Shown here piece after piece: positions 1 through 14,751 of a stretch of DNA of 64,000 nucleotides. Below the pieces are notes generated by a model. That model was given only the letters and a program-made list of their open reading frames with translations, searched no databases and was not told where the DNA came from. Made by a program: the position numbers and the translations under genes. This DNA comes from Takakia lepidozioides (lineage: Eukaryota; Plantae; Bryophyta), in contig CM060731.1 in assembly GCA_030704615.1 (NCBI GenBank), positions 26,536,001-26,600,000 of the forward strand, read 5' to 3'. The stretch's first letter is position 1. Each line of letters starts with the position of its first letter.

Positions 1-1378
1 TTCTCCTCCACCTAGATTCCTCACAATCTCTCATTTAGCTCACCGTGCAGGCAGGCCTCCATAACCTTTGATAAAATACCTACTACTGCTGTCAGTTTGA
101 ATCCTCGCATGGCATGATGCTTTTCTTCACTCACACCTGTCAGCAACGAGTTCGTTAGGCCCAGCCCTAGCTGTTTCGAGAGTTAAGCAAACTTACATTC
201 AGACCTTAAGGTTACAGTATCTTAGTAAAATAGTGCAGGAGCTGAGTGAAGGAGGACACGGACGTCGAATAGATCGCACATAGAAGGAAAACTATTTTGT
301 CCAAAATTGGCATAGTTTCTCCTGGGGGATGGGGAAGAACAATATGAAACCTGGATGGCTCCGCTCAAAACTTAACAGGTAACAACATTTTCATTTCGAT
401 ACCTTTCTCCCGTATTTATGCAAAGCTGGGGAGCCACCTGATCCCTCTGTGCGCAGACAGAAGAAGCAGTGAATCGATGAATAGCTTATGTTGCCGTTGA
501 CATCCATCCCGATGCTGGCGATGTCACCCTTCGTGTAGTAAGATCTGCTTCTAGGTTTTGGATGTGCAGCGCTAGTTCGTGTCCGGAAGGTGTGCGAGAT
601 GCTGAATTGGATGCGATCAATGTGTGCCTCTTCCAGATTCCTTGTCGAGTATAGGGCCGTGGAGCAGCTGCAGTTGCAGTCTAGGGATATTGAACTGTGG
701 ACGTTGCATTCTGATCCCAGTTTACACCGAGTGGAGCAGTCATGAGGAAAAGCACAGAAACAGGTTATGGGAGAAACGATCACACATTAAGCAGGCCTGC
801 TGGTGAATTTACGCACAGCGATCTTTAATCGGATGACAGTTACTCATAACCATCTGCTCGGAGAGGTTGGACCTTATATTCTGGTATGATTTTAGTACAT
901 TTTGGATTTTGAAGTAGGCGCGGCTTGCAGTTTGGTCTGGCATTGAAGAGATCTGAATTTCGTGGTTCGTTTGGAATGAAATACACGTCAATTGATTCAA
1001 AGCTTTGTACCAAATCTTGTACAATATCCAGGTAACTCGTATTGGAATCTGATTTGACTGCTCATTTAAACTCAGAGGCAAGTTAAGGAATTGAAGCGTT
1101 TTTAGCAAATCCCGGACATGCACTGTACCATAATGCAACGGGGATTAGTTCTGGTCCCAGCTGTATGAATAGATATGATGTACGTTCTTCGGGTTTTTCC
1201 TTGAAAATAGAAATAGAGGTGTCATTCTCATGTTTGTTGCAGGGGGGAAAGTGCACATCGAAATAGAGACCATTTAGTGGAGACGCACGAGTCTTTGCTC
1301 GCAATTTCATGGAATTTGGTTTATTGGCTACAAAATCAACTAGATCAATGTGAAGGCAAGGATACCAGCTCGGCAAGA

Positions 1379-4300
1379 ATGGATTCCCAACAAGATACTG
1401 AAGGTGATGGTTTCAAGCGAGATGAAATGGTGGTGCAACTTGTCTCCATGGGTTTTGAATTACCTTTGGTTCTAGAGGCTGTCAGCAGTATGATGTCCGG
1501 CACATTGAATGATGCCGTTGACTACCTCTTGGCTGAGAAACGACCTCATGGTGAACGAACTGGAAATTTCAGTCAAGAATTTGGAGGCTCCCAGGAAGGC
1601 CACCAAAAGACAGGAAAAAAACGTAACCAAATGATTAGTTCCTTCTTTGAGAGTAAAGGAAAGATGAGCAGAAGGAAGAGGAGGGATAGCCCTATTCAAG
1701 AGGTCACTATCTCACAGAAAGCTGAGGTCAAGAGAACCGAAGTCCCTGATGTTGGGACAGTGAAGTCTTATAAGACACAGATAAAAGAGGAATCCTATCA
1801 AAAATTTAACCATCTGGAGAAGAAATGCATTGAAGACTTTGAAGGTGGGAGCCATGTTCCAATCATATGCAGTGAAAGTAACACACAGGGTTTTTGGGTA
1901 CAACAGAGTGAGTGGGAGGGCTTTGGTGCCGAACCTTCAGACGCCCTAGATGCAGCTTCGGAAGACATTTTCCGTTCAGAAGAAAGCCATGGATTCACAG
2001 GTCAGCAGTCAAATACTTCACAAAGTCCTGCCAAGAAAACCTTGATCATTGGGGAAACGCCATTGCCCCAGTCACAGAGATGCCAGGCACTTTCAGGTGT
2101 TGGAACAGTTGCTTCAGATAGTGGTGCAGAGACTCCATCATCTCCTATTCGAAGGTTCATTGGCTCTGATCTTTCTACATCACAGGCCAGCATTGAACCT
2201 CCTCAAGCATGTAAAACGGCCTCGCGAGGCTTGCGGGAAGCTGGGATTCGTAGAGTAAAGAAGCAGACAGTTCAATGCCTTGTCTCAGAGAGATTTCCTG
2301 AGATTAAGCGAGCTCTTGAGGTTGAACCACTTGGCAACACATCACTAGACTCTCCTAGCAAGAAGCGAGCAACTTTGTCACCCACAAAGACTTTTAGTGT
2401 CCAATCAGCAAGCTCACTGGGCTACTCTTCTGTGAGGGGGCCACTTTTGGTCCCTGAAGGAATGCCTTCTGATGCCCCATGGTCAGCAGAAGTTGAGGGA
2501 GGATGTAATTTGATTCACAATGGGATGCCTTCATTTGAAATGGACCTTGGAGTGTCTGATAGAGTGCTTGAGGGTGGAAAAATGCAAATCAAACCAGAAC
2601 AAGTGGATTGGCATTGGGAGGGGGTCGCAGATCCCTGGGCTTTTCCAGGAGTGTTTGATGATCAACCCGTAATAGGTGAACAGCATGTAACTTCCTCTAG
2701 TAGCATACCACCTGCTGAGAGAGAAGGGCGAAAAGTGGAAGTGAATTCTGAAGTTGTGATACCCTCAGAGGTGAATAAAAAGGGGCTGCGTTCATTGTCC
2801 TTGCTTCTACACCAGACTCCCAGCAACTTATGTGGAAATCAGGTAAGACATCTCCAGTAAAGCAGCTAAAAAGCGGTCCAGATTGACTTAGGACAAATTA
2901 GTGGATTCTTGACCTGGTATTATATCGCACCTGATAATAGAAACAAATCTTAGAAATTTTCCTAATGTTTCATTCTGTTGAGCCTAGCCCATTGAAAATC
3001 TAGTTATTTTTTTGTCGAAGTATAACCTAGTCATGGTCATTCTTGATCTCATATTTTCAAATTCAAAGCACAATCAAAGCTGCTTAAAAAACACAGGTTT
3101 CATGTGGAGCAGGCATGTCAGTCATTCCCATTGGACGGTCAAGGTGTCGTCATGTCAGTAGTCCTACATAACCTTGACATCTCATGGGCCATAAACATGG
3201 GAATCCACACCAAATTGGTGTTTGGCGCTTTTTGGGTGGACTTTCGTTTATATTGACCACGCACTGTATGTTTCAGCTAGATTGAGAGAAGGGGATTCTG
3301 TGCTCTTAGCAAACTGGGTCTGGTAACCACCTGCATGGCATGAAGAATACTGACTCGCCCATTTTTCCGTATGAGACTTGCGAAGTACTTACAAACCACT
3401 TTATTCTATCAGGTGTGCTCTCTTCAGAGCGAAAGGAATGGAAAAGCTCTACTAGAGGGGACAACACAAACAGAATGCTCAGTACAGAAGGATCTGCCAA
3501 ACGTTGCCGAGGAGGTTGTTGGGAATTGTAGTAGTAAAGGGGGAACAGCAGAATGGGAACAACAAGCGCTGTATGTGCTCCAAACACATTTTGGTTACAA
3601 GGAGTTGAAGGGGTTTCAAAGGGAGGCTCTTGGAGCATGGGCAGAAAACCGCGACTGTTTTGTCCTTGCTGCTACCGGTTCAGGTATGTACTCGGTACTG
3701 TCTGTATTTGACCTTTAGGCCCCATGGGCCCCTGTGGAGGTAATGTATTTCTATCTTCATGGCTCTGTTGATGTTGTAAAGTTTCTTTCTTTCATGCCAT
3801 TTCATTTCCCTTTGTTTCCTTCATTGAAAATTGGGGTGATTGACCTTGATTTATGGTGAGCAGTCTCAGTGGAGTGTCTCTCTCCCTCTTTCTCCTCTCT
3901 TGTGGTTCTACCGTCCTATAGACCCTCTGCATGTAATATTTGTCTTAACTCTCTTTGTTTCTCATTGCTATTTGTAAACAAGCTACTTTGTCATGTAGGC
4001 AAATCATGTAGTAATTGTCTTTTACTGTCTTTGTTTCTCATTGCTATTTTTAATCAAGTTACATTGTCGTGTAGGCAAATCACTGTGCTTTCAACTTCCA
4101 GCATTGATGACTGGGAAAGTGGTCGTGGTGGTCTCCCCTCTGATTAGTCTCATGCACGATCAGTGCTTACAGCTAGCAAGGCAAGGAGTGCCGGCTTGCT
4201 TTCTTGGGTCTGCACAACCCGACAAGAATGTTGAGTTGAAGGCCATGGCTGGCAAGTACAGCATTGTTTACGTCTGCCCTGAAACTCTCCCCCGGTGAGA

Positions 4301-7300
4301 GCCTTGTCTTTGAGAACAGTTTTGGTTGCTTTATTTGGGTTCTTCTGATTTTGTACTGATTTTTTATTGACCTGAAATCTAGCAAGTAGTTTTCAGTTGT
4401 AGAAAGAAAGAATAAAGAGAAAAGGACCTTATGAAGTCCACGGACAAAGAAAAAGATATATACTATGTGCAGATAGAAAAAGAAAGAAAATAGAAAGACA
4501 GCATAGGGAGGGAGGGAAGGATGTACTCATTACATCCAATAGGAGCCCCAAAGGGTGTACATCTGAGAGGGAGAAGCAGAAACAGACGAAAGCAATTTAT
4601 TATGTCCATGATGCTCCACAGAAGAGAAAGAAAGAAAGAAAAAGATCAAAAGAGAGCAAGTTGACCAAGGTGGCAGGCAGGCTGGTGCGTTATTTGCAGG
4701 GGCTGGCACGTGGCAAGGGGATTGCACTCTTTGCTGTTGATGAGGCACATTGTGTTTCCAAATGGGGCCATGATTTTCGGCCTACATACAGGTGTATACT
4801 GGCAACTAACTGGTAGCCCTGGAAAAGACAGTTTCAATTACTTCTGTGAGCTACTGATGTGAGTCAGATTTACTGATAATGAGCATCAAGAGTGGTATGC
4901 CAAGCTGCTAAGATGATGTAAGGTGAGTTGGTTGATATAGGCAGTTATCTCTACTCCGGGAGAAATTCAAAGTGGGAGACCTTCCGGGTATGAAGACTCA
5001 GATTCCAATCATGGCTCTCACAGCAACTGCTACCTTGCGTGTGCGTGAGGATATATTGAAGTCCCTAGGGATTTCTTCAGGAAATCCAAAGATTGTGCTC
5101 ACCACTTTTTTCAGGCCCAATCTTCAATTTTCTGTAAGTTCAAGTGCAAATAAGGAAGAAAAGAATTGTGTGCAACTTCAACATAGTTCATTCGTTTTGT
5201 ATTTACGTAGATTTATGTTTCTAGTACAGTTTCTTGCAAATTAGCATCCATTTGGCCCCCTTAGCTCGCATGCCTTTTTTCTCAAAGATTTAACCTTACC
5301 TCTTGGATTTCACAATGTGATATGGCCCCTTACATGTAAGGTTTCTTTAAAGTGGAGTCTGCAATTCACAACAGCAAGTTGTGGTAATACTGTCGTCTCA
5401 CACAAGTTCTTTTGCTGACCAGGTGCACCATAGCAAAACTACAAGGCCTACGTCATACAAAAATGATTTTAAGCCTTTGATAGATATCTACACAAAACAG
5501 GGTGGGGAAGGTGATCGCAATCCCATACCCAGCTGTAGTGATGTGAAGCAGGTGTATGACCGAGTCCCGGCCTCACTGAAGTTGGGAAGCTCACAAGTGA
5601 CAGGAGGTGAAGAATGTAGTACTGGTGTTTTAGCCCATGGATGCAACGCTGTTGGAAAGAGGGTCCCAGAAAGTTTCAGCATGGCTGTAACTGAGAACGA
5701 GGATGAAGATGTGGATGAGAGTACTGAAGATGAAGACAGTGAGGGGGAGGGACTTACAGTGAAGAATCTTGAAGAGGAGGAAGAGGAGGAGAGGATGGGT
5801 GGTGACTTTTTTGGTATTTGAGACTGTCTCTGTGACTTGTTCTTGTGTTTGTTTTTACTTTCTGTACCTAATTTCTTTGAGCTAATTGTGGACATTAAGC
5901 TTTTATTTTTTTGTTTGCTTGTCTCCGATATGAGCGAGAGTAAAGCTCAACTCTGCGGGACGTTTCTGTCACTGAACTGGAGGGGTTTATGTCTGGGTAC
6001 TAGGCTGCAAGGGAAGGCATATGTTGTAACAGCATCAGAAGTCCATAGCACAACTCTCTGCCTTTTTCTGGGCTTCTACTCCTAGAAAAAGAAAAGAAAG
6101 TCACAGATTTTTTACTTTGAATGATGGAAAATGGTGAATGGACAGCTTTGTATCATAAACAGGTAAGTTGTGGCAATTCAATGTCCGCAGTTGAGTGCGG
6201 GGAGTTCAGTGGTCACCCATCCTTTCATGGAAGACCACAGGATCAAGAACCACAGTGCAGCTCTGGAAAAGGGGAGGGACCGAGCATTATATACGTGCCC
6301 ACGAGGAAGGAAGCTGTGAAATTGGCTGAGTTTTTGTGCAAACAAGGTGTCCTAGCAGCTCCCTACCATGCGAAGGTAAGAATTTGAAGAACAGTGAAGT
6401 CTGTTTGAATTTTGAGCTTCTTTGGATCTGTAAGACGTTTCTTTCACACAATGTTCTTGTTTGTTGGTACTGTTGCCTGGAATTTGGAACCCACTTCTCA
6501 GTCAATTTTGAAAGACTGCTAATTCCAGTAGCCAACCTAAATCAGGCAAGGGTTTGAATCATCACAGTACAAATTCAGCCCCAAGTGCTATCAACTATGT
6601 GATTTGGATGTTGGTGTTATTGTTTTAGTTCTTTCTAACATCATCTGACATGTGTCGTTGATGTGGGGGATGTGGATTGGCAGCTCCCTAAAGCTCACTT
6701 GAAACAAGTGCATGAGAGCTTTCATGCCGACATCTTACAGGTGAATATCACTTTCTTATGATCATACCTGTTTTACATGTTTTAGTTGAAGTCTACTTGA
6801 GTTAGTCCAAGTATGGTTGATGGCAAGTTCTTGATAGCTGCAATTGTGGTGTGAAAAGGTTGTGGTAGCCACTATCGCGTTTGGAATGGGAATTGATAAA
6901 CCAAATGTCAGGCGTGTCATCCATTACGGTTGGCCACAGGTTTGTCTCTCTATCTCGAGCACTGTTTTGGGTTTTCTAAAGGTGTTTTTCTTGTACGTCT
7001 CATCTCCCATATGCCCCCAGACCCTATGTGGATGTAATATATGACTTTTTCCTCGTGTGGTACTGCTGCTGTTTGCAGTGGCCCACAGAGTAGATTCCTT
7101 GCTTCTTCTGACTCCTATATACCCTCTGGTCTTCTTTCTCTCTTTCTCTTCCCAACTGGATCAACAACTGAACTCTTTCATCAGTGGTTGCCTGCTATGC
7201 ATAACACGTTAGCAAATCATGGCTGTTTTCTCTGTAGGAGTCAACACCTTCACCTTGCTTGAAAGAGTTACACCTTCAAAACTGATGATGGTCATGCAGA

Positions 7301-10300
7301 ATGGTCAATCAGTACAGCCCTCCAAACCACTCTTGGGATTCATACTCCATATCAAGCACTAATCAATACATAAGGAGTCCTTTCTCTTGGTGTCTCTTCA
7401 GAAATCATGGGCTTCAGGGCCTGCAAGGCGTTCAAGCAGGGATTTGCTGGTGCTGTATATATTGCTTGTGAGTGTGATTCTGATATATTGTGTGGACTTC
7501 GATCATGAGACTAGAGTTTGGAGGCCTATTACCAGGAAGCAGGCAGAGCCGGCAGAGATGGGTTCCCTGCAGACTGCCGTATGTCCTCCTTCAATAATTT
7601 CCATTACTGGCATCTATCTTTTTCATGTCTCATGTCCTTTGTGTTGTTCTTTCTGTGCACTGGTTGTCTTAAAGTTTCAGCTGGCAGCTTCAGTTGGCTC
7701 GTGACTTGGTTGCTCTTTGACAGTGAGGCTGCCATGAGATGGACAGCACATACATCTTTTCTCTCCCTCGGGGCCTCTTGAGTCTTCTCTGTAGATTGAG
7801 TCCTACCTCCTCTTGTCTCACCTCCCCTCTTCTGCCTATCTACTCGTCAGACACTAAAGTCAAACTTCAAGCAAAGTGCAATTTGTGTGCCTTAATTATA
7901 AGCAAGGCTCAAACCTTATCTTGAAGGAAGAGGGCTTAATAATTCTTTTCTATTGGCCTGCGAACAAAATGAAGAAACACACTTTGCTTCAGCTCCTTGC
8001 TGACGCTTTGTGTACATTGAGGCATGTGCAGGGTTGTTTTGTGACATGACCGTCCTGCCTTCATTACTGCCAAGCCGCAGAGATCCAGAGCAAGCCAAGC
8101 ATGCCCTGAAAATGCTATCTCAGTGTTTCAGGTACCTCCCTTTCCCTGGATTGTAGTTCCTTACATTTCTAAAAACCACAGAAGTTCTGGAGGTAGTGAT
8201 TCACAATCTACTTCTTCCTCTATGAGCTATTAGTTTCTTGGTGCACAACCCCTTTCTTTAGTAACCACCATTTGTACTCTCCCACCTCTCTCTTCTGTCT
8301 CTCTCTCCATGTGCAAGGCAGGCAGAGTGAATAGCACAGGAGGTGTTCAGGATTGACACTATCAAACCACAGACCATCGAAGAGTTCCGGGAATCCGAGC
8401 GGAGGACTCGGAAGAAACAACTGGAGATGCTACCGACAGAGATAACAAAGAGCAGGCTAATAATAAGGGTCCCAAATTCTGGAGGGACTATTCCTGAAGT
8501 AAGAAAAATGGAGTGGATTGGAGCGGCCAATGGGGAGGGAGGGCAGTGGGCACCTATGTTGAAATGGGTGAAAAGTGAGGCCACGTGCAGAGGCTTGCAT
8601 ATAAGTAGGAGGGTGGGTCCTCCTAGTTAGTACTTCTAGAGCTTTCCAAAAGCTTGGAGACAGAACATCGTTCCTTTTTTTGTTGCCCTCAACACAATGA
8701 GATCTGGGGAAGATACCACTGTCTTTTAAGAGATTCTCCTCCTTGGCAGAGGCTTTCATCTATCAGAACCTGATGTGCATAGCAGCTTACTTGCATGAGA
8801 GAGGTAGATAACACAGCTTGTGAGGCTAGATTGTCCTGTATGTACCACCCAAGAAGCAGAAACAGACTATTATTTCTCTTTTTTGTGCCCTAGAGAATGG
8901 CCACAAAATCCTTCCCTTCCATGAGGAGCATGTCCTGATCCAAAAACAGGGAGAAAAATAAAACCATCTGGCCTCCATGGGAGGAATTATTTGGATTAAG
9001 ACATGGCAGTGTGTAGCTGCAAGCTATGAGATCTGTTGTGGGTGCAATGCATGTAAGCTTACAAGTGCATCTTTTTCTTGAACAGAATTGGGTTCTTAGA
9101 AGATCTTCTCTCAACACCATGCAGGGCTGTATGTTTGTAGGATATATTAGACTAAAAGTCTCAATTTGCTGGTTCTTAAAAGTATGAAGGGATTGTCTTG
9201 TTTGTGGGCAGTGCAGGTATGGAGTTTCTACTGATCGGTGCAGGGCGCAGATGCTGCTTGACTACTTTGGGGAGGACCTCCAAGGTGGCATTTGCCACAT
9301 GTGCGGAAACCTCTCTCTCAGTGCCCCTTGTGGACATTTAGTTTCTCCCTTTCTTTCTCTCTTTGTTTTCGTTACATGGGTTGTCCTGTTTGGGCTCCCT
9401 GTTTCATCTCTCTTTTCTCTCTCGTCTTTTCTTCAACGGTGTTGCTGACAGAGCAATCACAGCCACATGTGTTGTGACAGTGCAATCACATTTGCCATCT
9501 GTTTCCAGCCAGAGGGCTAGACAGCAGTGCTGGAGTAAACCTTATGTGCATATTATGAATTCAATGTGCATATGCCAATGCTCAATCTCTTTTAACCAGA
9601 TTGCTGTCGGCTGTGCCTGAGCTAGTAGGGTTTCTTTGGTAAAGTAGGCCAGCAATGAGAATGAGCATCATCACCATTATCCTCTTTTGATTTTCTCGTG
9701 TAGCTCTACTGTGACCCTCATTTAGATGGCCTGTGGGTGTATAATTCTTATGCTCACACACACATCCCCACACCACACGCGTGAAGTTTATGCTTATACA
9801 GAAACTTCATAATCAAGCCAAAATATGATGAAACTCCTATTCTTTTCACATGCAGCTTCTCTACCTACGTTAGAGTTACTTTATTCGTGGTTCCTGTGGC
9901 AGGTGTGATGCATGTATCAGACACCCACCGACTATGGAGGATTTGACAAAGGAGGCTTTGTTGCTTTTGAACATGCTTGCTACTTCCCAGGTAACTCATC
10001 GTCACCTCAAAAGGTCGACTTCACAATCACATCATCGATGAATCTTTAAAACAAATTTCCGAAAGATACGAAACTGATGTACCAGCAATATTGGGGCAAG
10101 ACTATCTGTGTGTACCCCCCTGCATTAGGACAAATCGTAAGGGTAGGTGCTTAAAAAATGTACTCATAAGACGTTGTTTGCTGTAGCCTTGTGGCCATAG
10201 ACCCCGTGCCCATTTTGGGCAGAACGGGAGGGAACATACACTACTTTTATGAGGGCTCACTCCAGTAGGTGGATGCTTAAGGAGTTGGAGACTCTGATCA

Positions 10301-12599
10301 ATGACCAACCTTCTGCAAGTCAGGCATTCATTTCATGTGTGTTCCAAGTAGTTCCAAACTAGTTCCTGGACAATTCCCAGTCTTAATTGTAGTCCTGAGA
10401 GAAGAAAGAATATTATCAAGTGCCTGAGAGATGGCAGGCGTGTGGGACATAGTAAGTCAAGAACAGAACGAAAAGAATGTATACAAGAACCCCAAGCTTC
10501 AGTCTGAGATGTATGCAGAGAATGCTATTTAATATGTGTCTTCGTTACCAATATAGGGCAGCATTCTTAGTTATAGATGTATCATTGAGGAATCATAACA
10601 GCTGGTCACTTTACCTTGGATGTGGCTATCTCATTTTCCTTAAATGTGAATTCGAGCTCACTAGGCTCTCTCTGGATATAAGACAGCAAAGAAGGTTGGA
10701 TTGCAATTTAATCAGTGGTTTGATTCTAGACAACCGCCCGGTGGAAGAATCATGTACAATCGAGAAGTATTGGACGGGGGAAAAAAGGAAGAGCAACAAG
10801 GGGTTCACATGGTAGTGACAACGAAGGGCTCTCACTCAGAGATGCAGTTGAGCAGCTTACAAAAGAGGTGATTTCTTGAATTAAATATGTCCTTTGCCCA
10901 TTTCAATTTCCCCTCTGTTGCTCCTTGACAAGCAATTTTCCAACAATTATTGCTTGTTTGCATATCACAGCTTGACTTATAAATGTATTTGGTAGTTGTC
11001 TTGTGTTTTCTGATCAGCTATTTGCTCATCGCTTGGTCAAGAGTTGGCTGGGTTTGTATCTGTTGACCAGAACACACAGAGGGACCAGCTTTGGTGGAGG
11101 GGCTTTGCTCGCATGCTACTTGACCATGAGTTTGTGAGGGAATCTGCTGTGAGTGTGTTTTACCCCTCCTCATGTGTGTTGGGAGATTCCCATAACTTGG
11201 GCACTCATTGATTGGGCAGGATGGGTACAACGTACATCTGCCTTCATGCTGAATTCTTCACCTGCCAATGAGTTGATTCCCAAGATGCCTGGCCATTCTT
11301 TTGTTGCTTGAGATTGGGTAGCAAGTTTGGGAGAGGTCATTTAGTGTGGATCTGCAACTAGGTGTTTGAATGTGTTCACTTTAGAGTTCTCCCCTCATAG
11401 ACCATGGTTTTCGGAGAGAGAGAGAGCTGCACACATTGGATGTCCTTGCAAAATCTAGCCATTCTGTAGTCTTGCATTCGTCGACCCTGTTGGACATGAA
11501 GCCGCTTGAGTCCACCCATTAGCTCACATTTGGGAATCCTTGCTATCATGGACCCCGTCTCCAGTCAATGGAGCACTTGTTCAGGTTCAGAGAAAGGAAG
11601 AGTAGAAATGTATTGTCCAGGGGAAGCTTTTGAGTATCTATTTAAGTGATTGGGCCACATAAGTGAGACTGGTTGAGAACAAGAATGTGACTGATAAAAA
11701 GTGGCTACGCATTAGCGAAACACCTGACAGTATAAAGAATGCTCATCTGTCTCAAGTCACTCTCCGTACATCTACAGGAGGGACTGAGGGATGGGACACA
11801 GTAGTACAAAAGAAAAAATGTTCCAAGAAAGAGGAGGTTAGGAGAAGGTTTGCTTGGCCCAGTTTTTCCAGACTCACTGGCACTGGGATCTTTGTCCCGG
11901 GTCCTCACCTAATTTGATTTGTGCATTACTTTGTTCCTAGGATGAAATGGCACAGCTCGCTAATCTTTAAATGTGATTCAGGAATTTCCTCATTTCTCAG
12001 GAAAGAGGAAAGCCTTACTGTTGAAAGAAAGAATAAAAGAAAATCTACAACTTCCACAGGGTGCCGTGGGGGTCCATGGGACCAAATGAACAACAAAAAA
12101 ACATCTAAAAGTAAAGAGAAATGTAGGTGGGGCGGGGAGGAGAATGATGTTACAAACAGCAAAGAGAAAATTGAAAAGTTGCTGACAATACTCGCTCTTG
12201 TTCTCCACCTTTCAGACGGCGACAGCAAGAGGAGGCAAATTGACAGTGCCAACCCTGCAGTACCCCGTCCCAACAATGCAAGGACTGGATTTCCTTCAAA
12301 TCCATAGAATTCCCCTAATCCAGCATGACGATTTGAGTGCAGATCAGGGTAGGACTTGGAGACCTGCCTTACTACTGCATCCAGAGGGAGACATGGTACA
12401 AGCTATGAAGGAGCCTAAAAGACAGGCAAACAGTGCAGCCCAAGCTTGGGGTAGGGGTTGGGCAGACCCTGAGTTACGTCGACAACGACTCGGTGGACGC
12501 AAACGGGGGAAGTCACGAAAGAGGAAAAAGAAGACTGACCTGGGTTCAGTGAGGGGTCGCCTTTCTGCAAAGCTTGGTCCTATTAGAAAGCACAAGTGA
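1379..12599 (+). CDS. RECQSIM: RecQ helicase SIM-type (UBA + split RecQ helicase core + RQC), multi-exon
   Basis: N-terminal UBA-like VVQLVSMGF...AVDYLL. Helicase motifs lie across exons: [19 protein letters not shown]|[31 protein letters not shown] (~4700-4790), [54 protein letters not shown]. An acidic insertion in mid-helicase (5423-5812) is diagnostic of RecQsim. [15 protein letters not shown]...C; WWRGFARML (~11080); C-terminal [12 protein letters not shown]...[13 protein letters not shown] borders visible; internal exon limits approximate. Confidence 0.93.
8200..9120 (-). mobile_element. Highly decayed LINE-like relic in a RECQSIM intron
   Basis: Broken minus-strand peptides such as [11 protein letters not shown] resemble the L1 ORF2 C-terminal region; no intact ORF. 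Confidence 0.3.
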
Positions 12600-14289
12600 C
12601 TGGATCACTGCCTTTTTTGAGGATTCTGCCATTATGGAACCAGTTGCATTCTTGATCCTTGGGCTATTATTGAACTCTGGGGTATAGAAAGCAGGGGCTA
12701 CTGTATATGTCCTGTGTTTGTGTATTCCTTCTGGAAAGCAGTCCTCTTGACGTCAATTGTTATTTTCCATGTCTCATTGCAGCTAGCACACTCACAGGAC
12801 TTGGCCGCGGCAAACACGCAGTCTGGACGATATGCCCAGTGATAACCTGGATTGATGGAGATGTGCACATAATCTTTCATGACTGTGTACATGACAAAAA
12901 ACCCACTGGCAAGAGACTCTACCCAGGCTAGCTACATGATATGGCAAACTTACTGTCATGACGTAGGCATCTGGCATCTACTGAATCCCAATTTCACTAA
13001 GAGAGTGCCCAGAATATTTACCTCAGTTCTCATAGATGGCTGCAATCAGTGTCAGTCTTTCCTACTTACTAGAGACAAGGCACTATCGCATGAAACTTCA
13101 TACCTCCAGATGAAGTAGAAGGTGCCAGCCACCGGCAGACTGACACTTCCAGGAGGGCTGCTGTTTACATGCCAAGAAGTCTTCACTGCTAACCTGGAGA
13201 ACACTATGTTCCCACTGATATAATTGAAGGCTGACATCCGAACTGGGTGAAGGTTGAGCCTCCACCCAAATGTCATTTCCCCTAGGCATAGGGTTCCTTG
13301 AAGTCCACTCTTTTTGCCAAGGTATGTATCCCTCAGGTCAAACCCAGAACTGATTTTCACCACCTGACAATCACTTGGGAAAGAAAGAAGCAGAACAGAG
13401 AAGTTCTGCTGCATGTGAAAGCTCCAGTAGTGTCCAGATCGAGTACATCTTCCTAATCAAACTAGAAAGCCTATTCCTTAGGATGCAGTGAATGCAACAT
13501 GAGATTATTATGTGTACAAAGTCAGGAAAAAACATTAGAGCTTTCAGGTTTACAAGAGTGTAGTGCGGGTAAATAGATTTTTGCTTGCCCTTTGGGTAAG
13601 GTTAAATAAAAATTAGAAGATTATTTATCCTCCGGGTATGGGTAAATGATTCTTCTCTTCTCACTAAAATTTAGTAAGAGACCTCATCCCCTTTCTTCTA
13701 ACACATATACAAATAATCAATTATAAAGAAGGATATATAGATTTTTGTGTTTGTCATGCTCTCTTTATTTTTTCTTTCTTTCTAGGGTGATCATTTTGCA
13801 TGTAATAATAGGGCTGATTATAGAATGTATGTAGGTCTAGTAGGTCTGAAGAGGAGGAAGAGACGTCCACATTTACAGTTTTTTGAAGAAGAAGGCTGAG
13901 ATGGGCCGAGAATATATTAAAATGAGGAAAAGATAACCTCACATGACATGCCATGGAGGCTGAGAAAGGGGACGCCTCCCCCTAACCAGGAGTGCCAAAA
14001 GATAGGTCCTAATTGGGTCTACAGATAGGAAATGAAATGAAGAGCAGGAGCTACAAGCATCAGAGATTGGTCCTCCTGCGCTTTCGGAGATTGAAGGAAA
14101 GGTGAGCTTTTGAATTCCCCCCTACGAAGACTTCTACGTACTACATAGCCGGTGAGAAGGAGCCGGCTATGGCCATAACCTTGAGGCCGGGAGGCCGAAA
14201 GGTTTACTGGCTATAGCCGGCTCCTTCAAACCGGCTCCTTCAAATGGGCTATGTGACATCACCGGCTGTTTTGGGAATCGAGATGACAG

Positions 14290-14640
14290 ACCCAATCACG
14301 TCTCAGCGTTCTACCTAGTCGCAGGTTGAGGAGGTGGGAAATTGGGAAGAAGGTCGAGGGTTATCGCCCATAACCCAAGCTGCTTTCAGCCACTAGAGGC
14401 TAGACACGTCATCGATATTCCCAAAATAGCCGGTTATGGATACGGCTGGGCCAATCAGGTTGAGGAGGGGGGTTTATGGATACAGCTGGCCCAATCAGGT
14501 CTCGGCGTTCTACCTAGTCGCAGGTTGAGGAGGTGGGAAATTGGGAAGAAGGCCGAGGGTTATAGCCCATAACCAAGTGCTCTAAGCCACTAGGGGCCAA
14601 ACACGTCATCGAGATTCCCAAAACAGCCGGTTATGGACTA
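14290..14640. repeat. Direct duplication (~150 bp unit, ~200 bp offset)
   Basis: ccaatca..tctc.gcgttctacctagtcgcaggttgaggaggtgggaaattgggaagaagg...cccaaaa.agccggttatgga occurs at ~14291-14440 and ~14490-14638. Confidence 0.85.
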
Positions 14641-14751
14641 GATAGTGGCTGCGAGTACTGTTAATAGTAGGGGCTCCGTGTATACCAAGCCACGGCCGCG
14701 GCGAGGAGCCCCTACTATTAACAGTAGCAGGGCTCCTCGCAGCCACTATCT
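14640..14751. repeat. Long hairpin / inverted repeat
   Basis: agatagtggctgcgag...tactgttaatagtaggggctcc pairs with ggagcccctactattaacagta...ctcgcagccactatct. Confidence 0.8.

Noticed and set aside
1-1140. Minus-strand ORFs 391-783 and 809-1138
   Set aside because: No recognisable domain. They may be the UTR of a divergent neighbour but cannot be supported.
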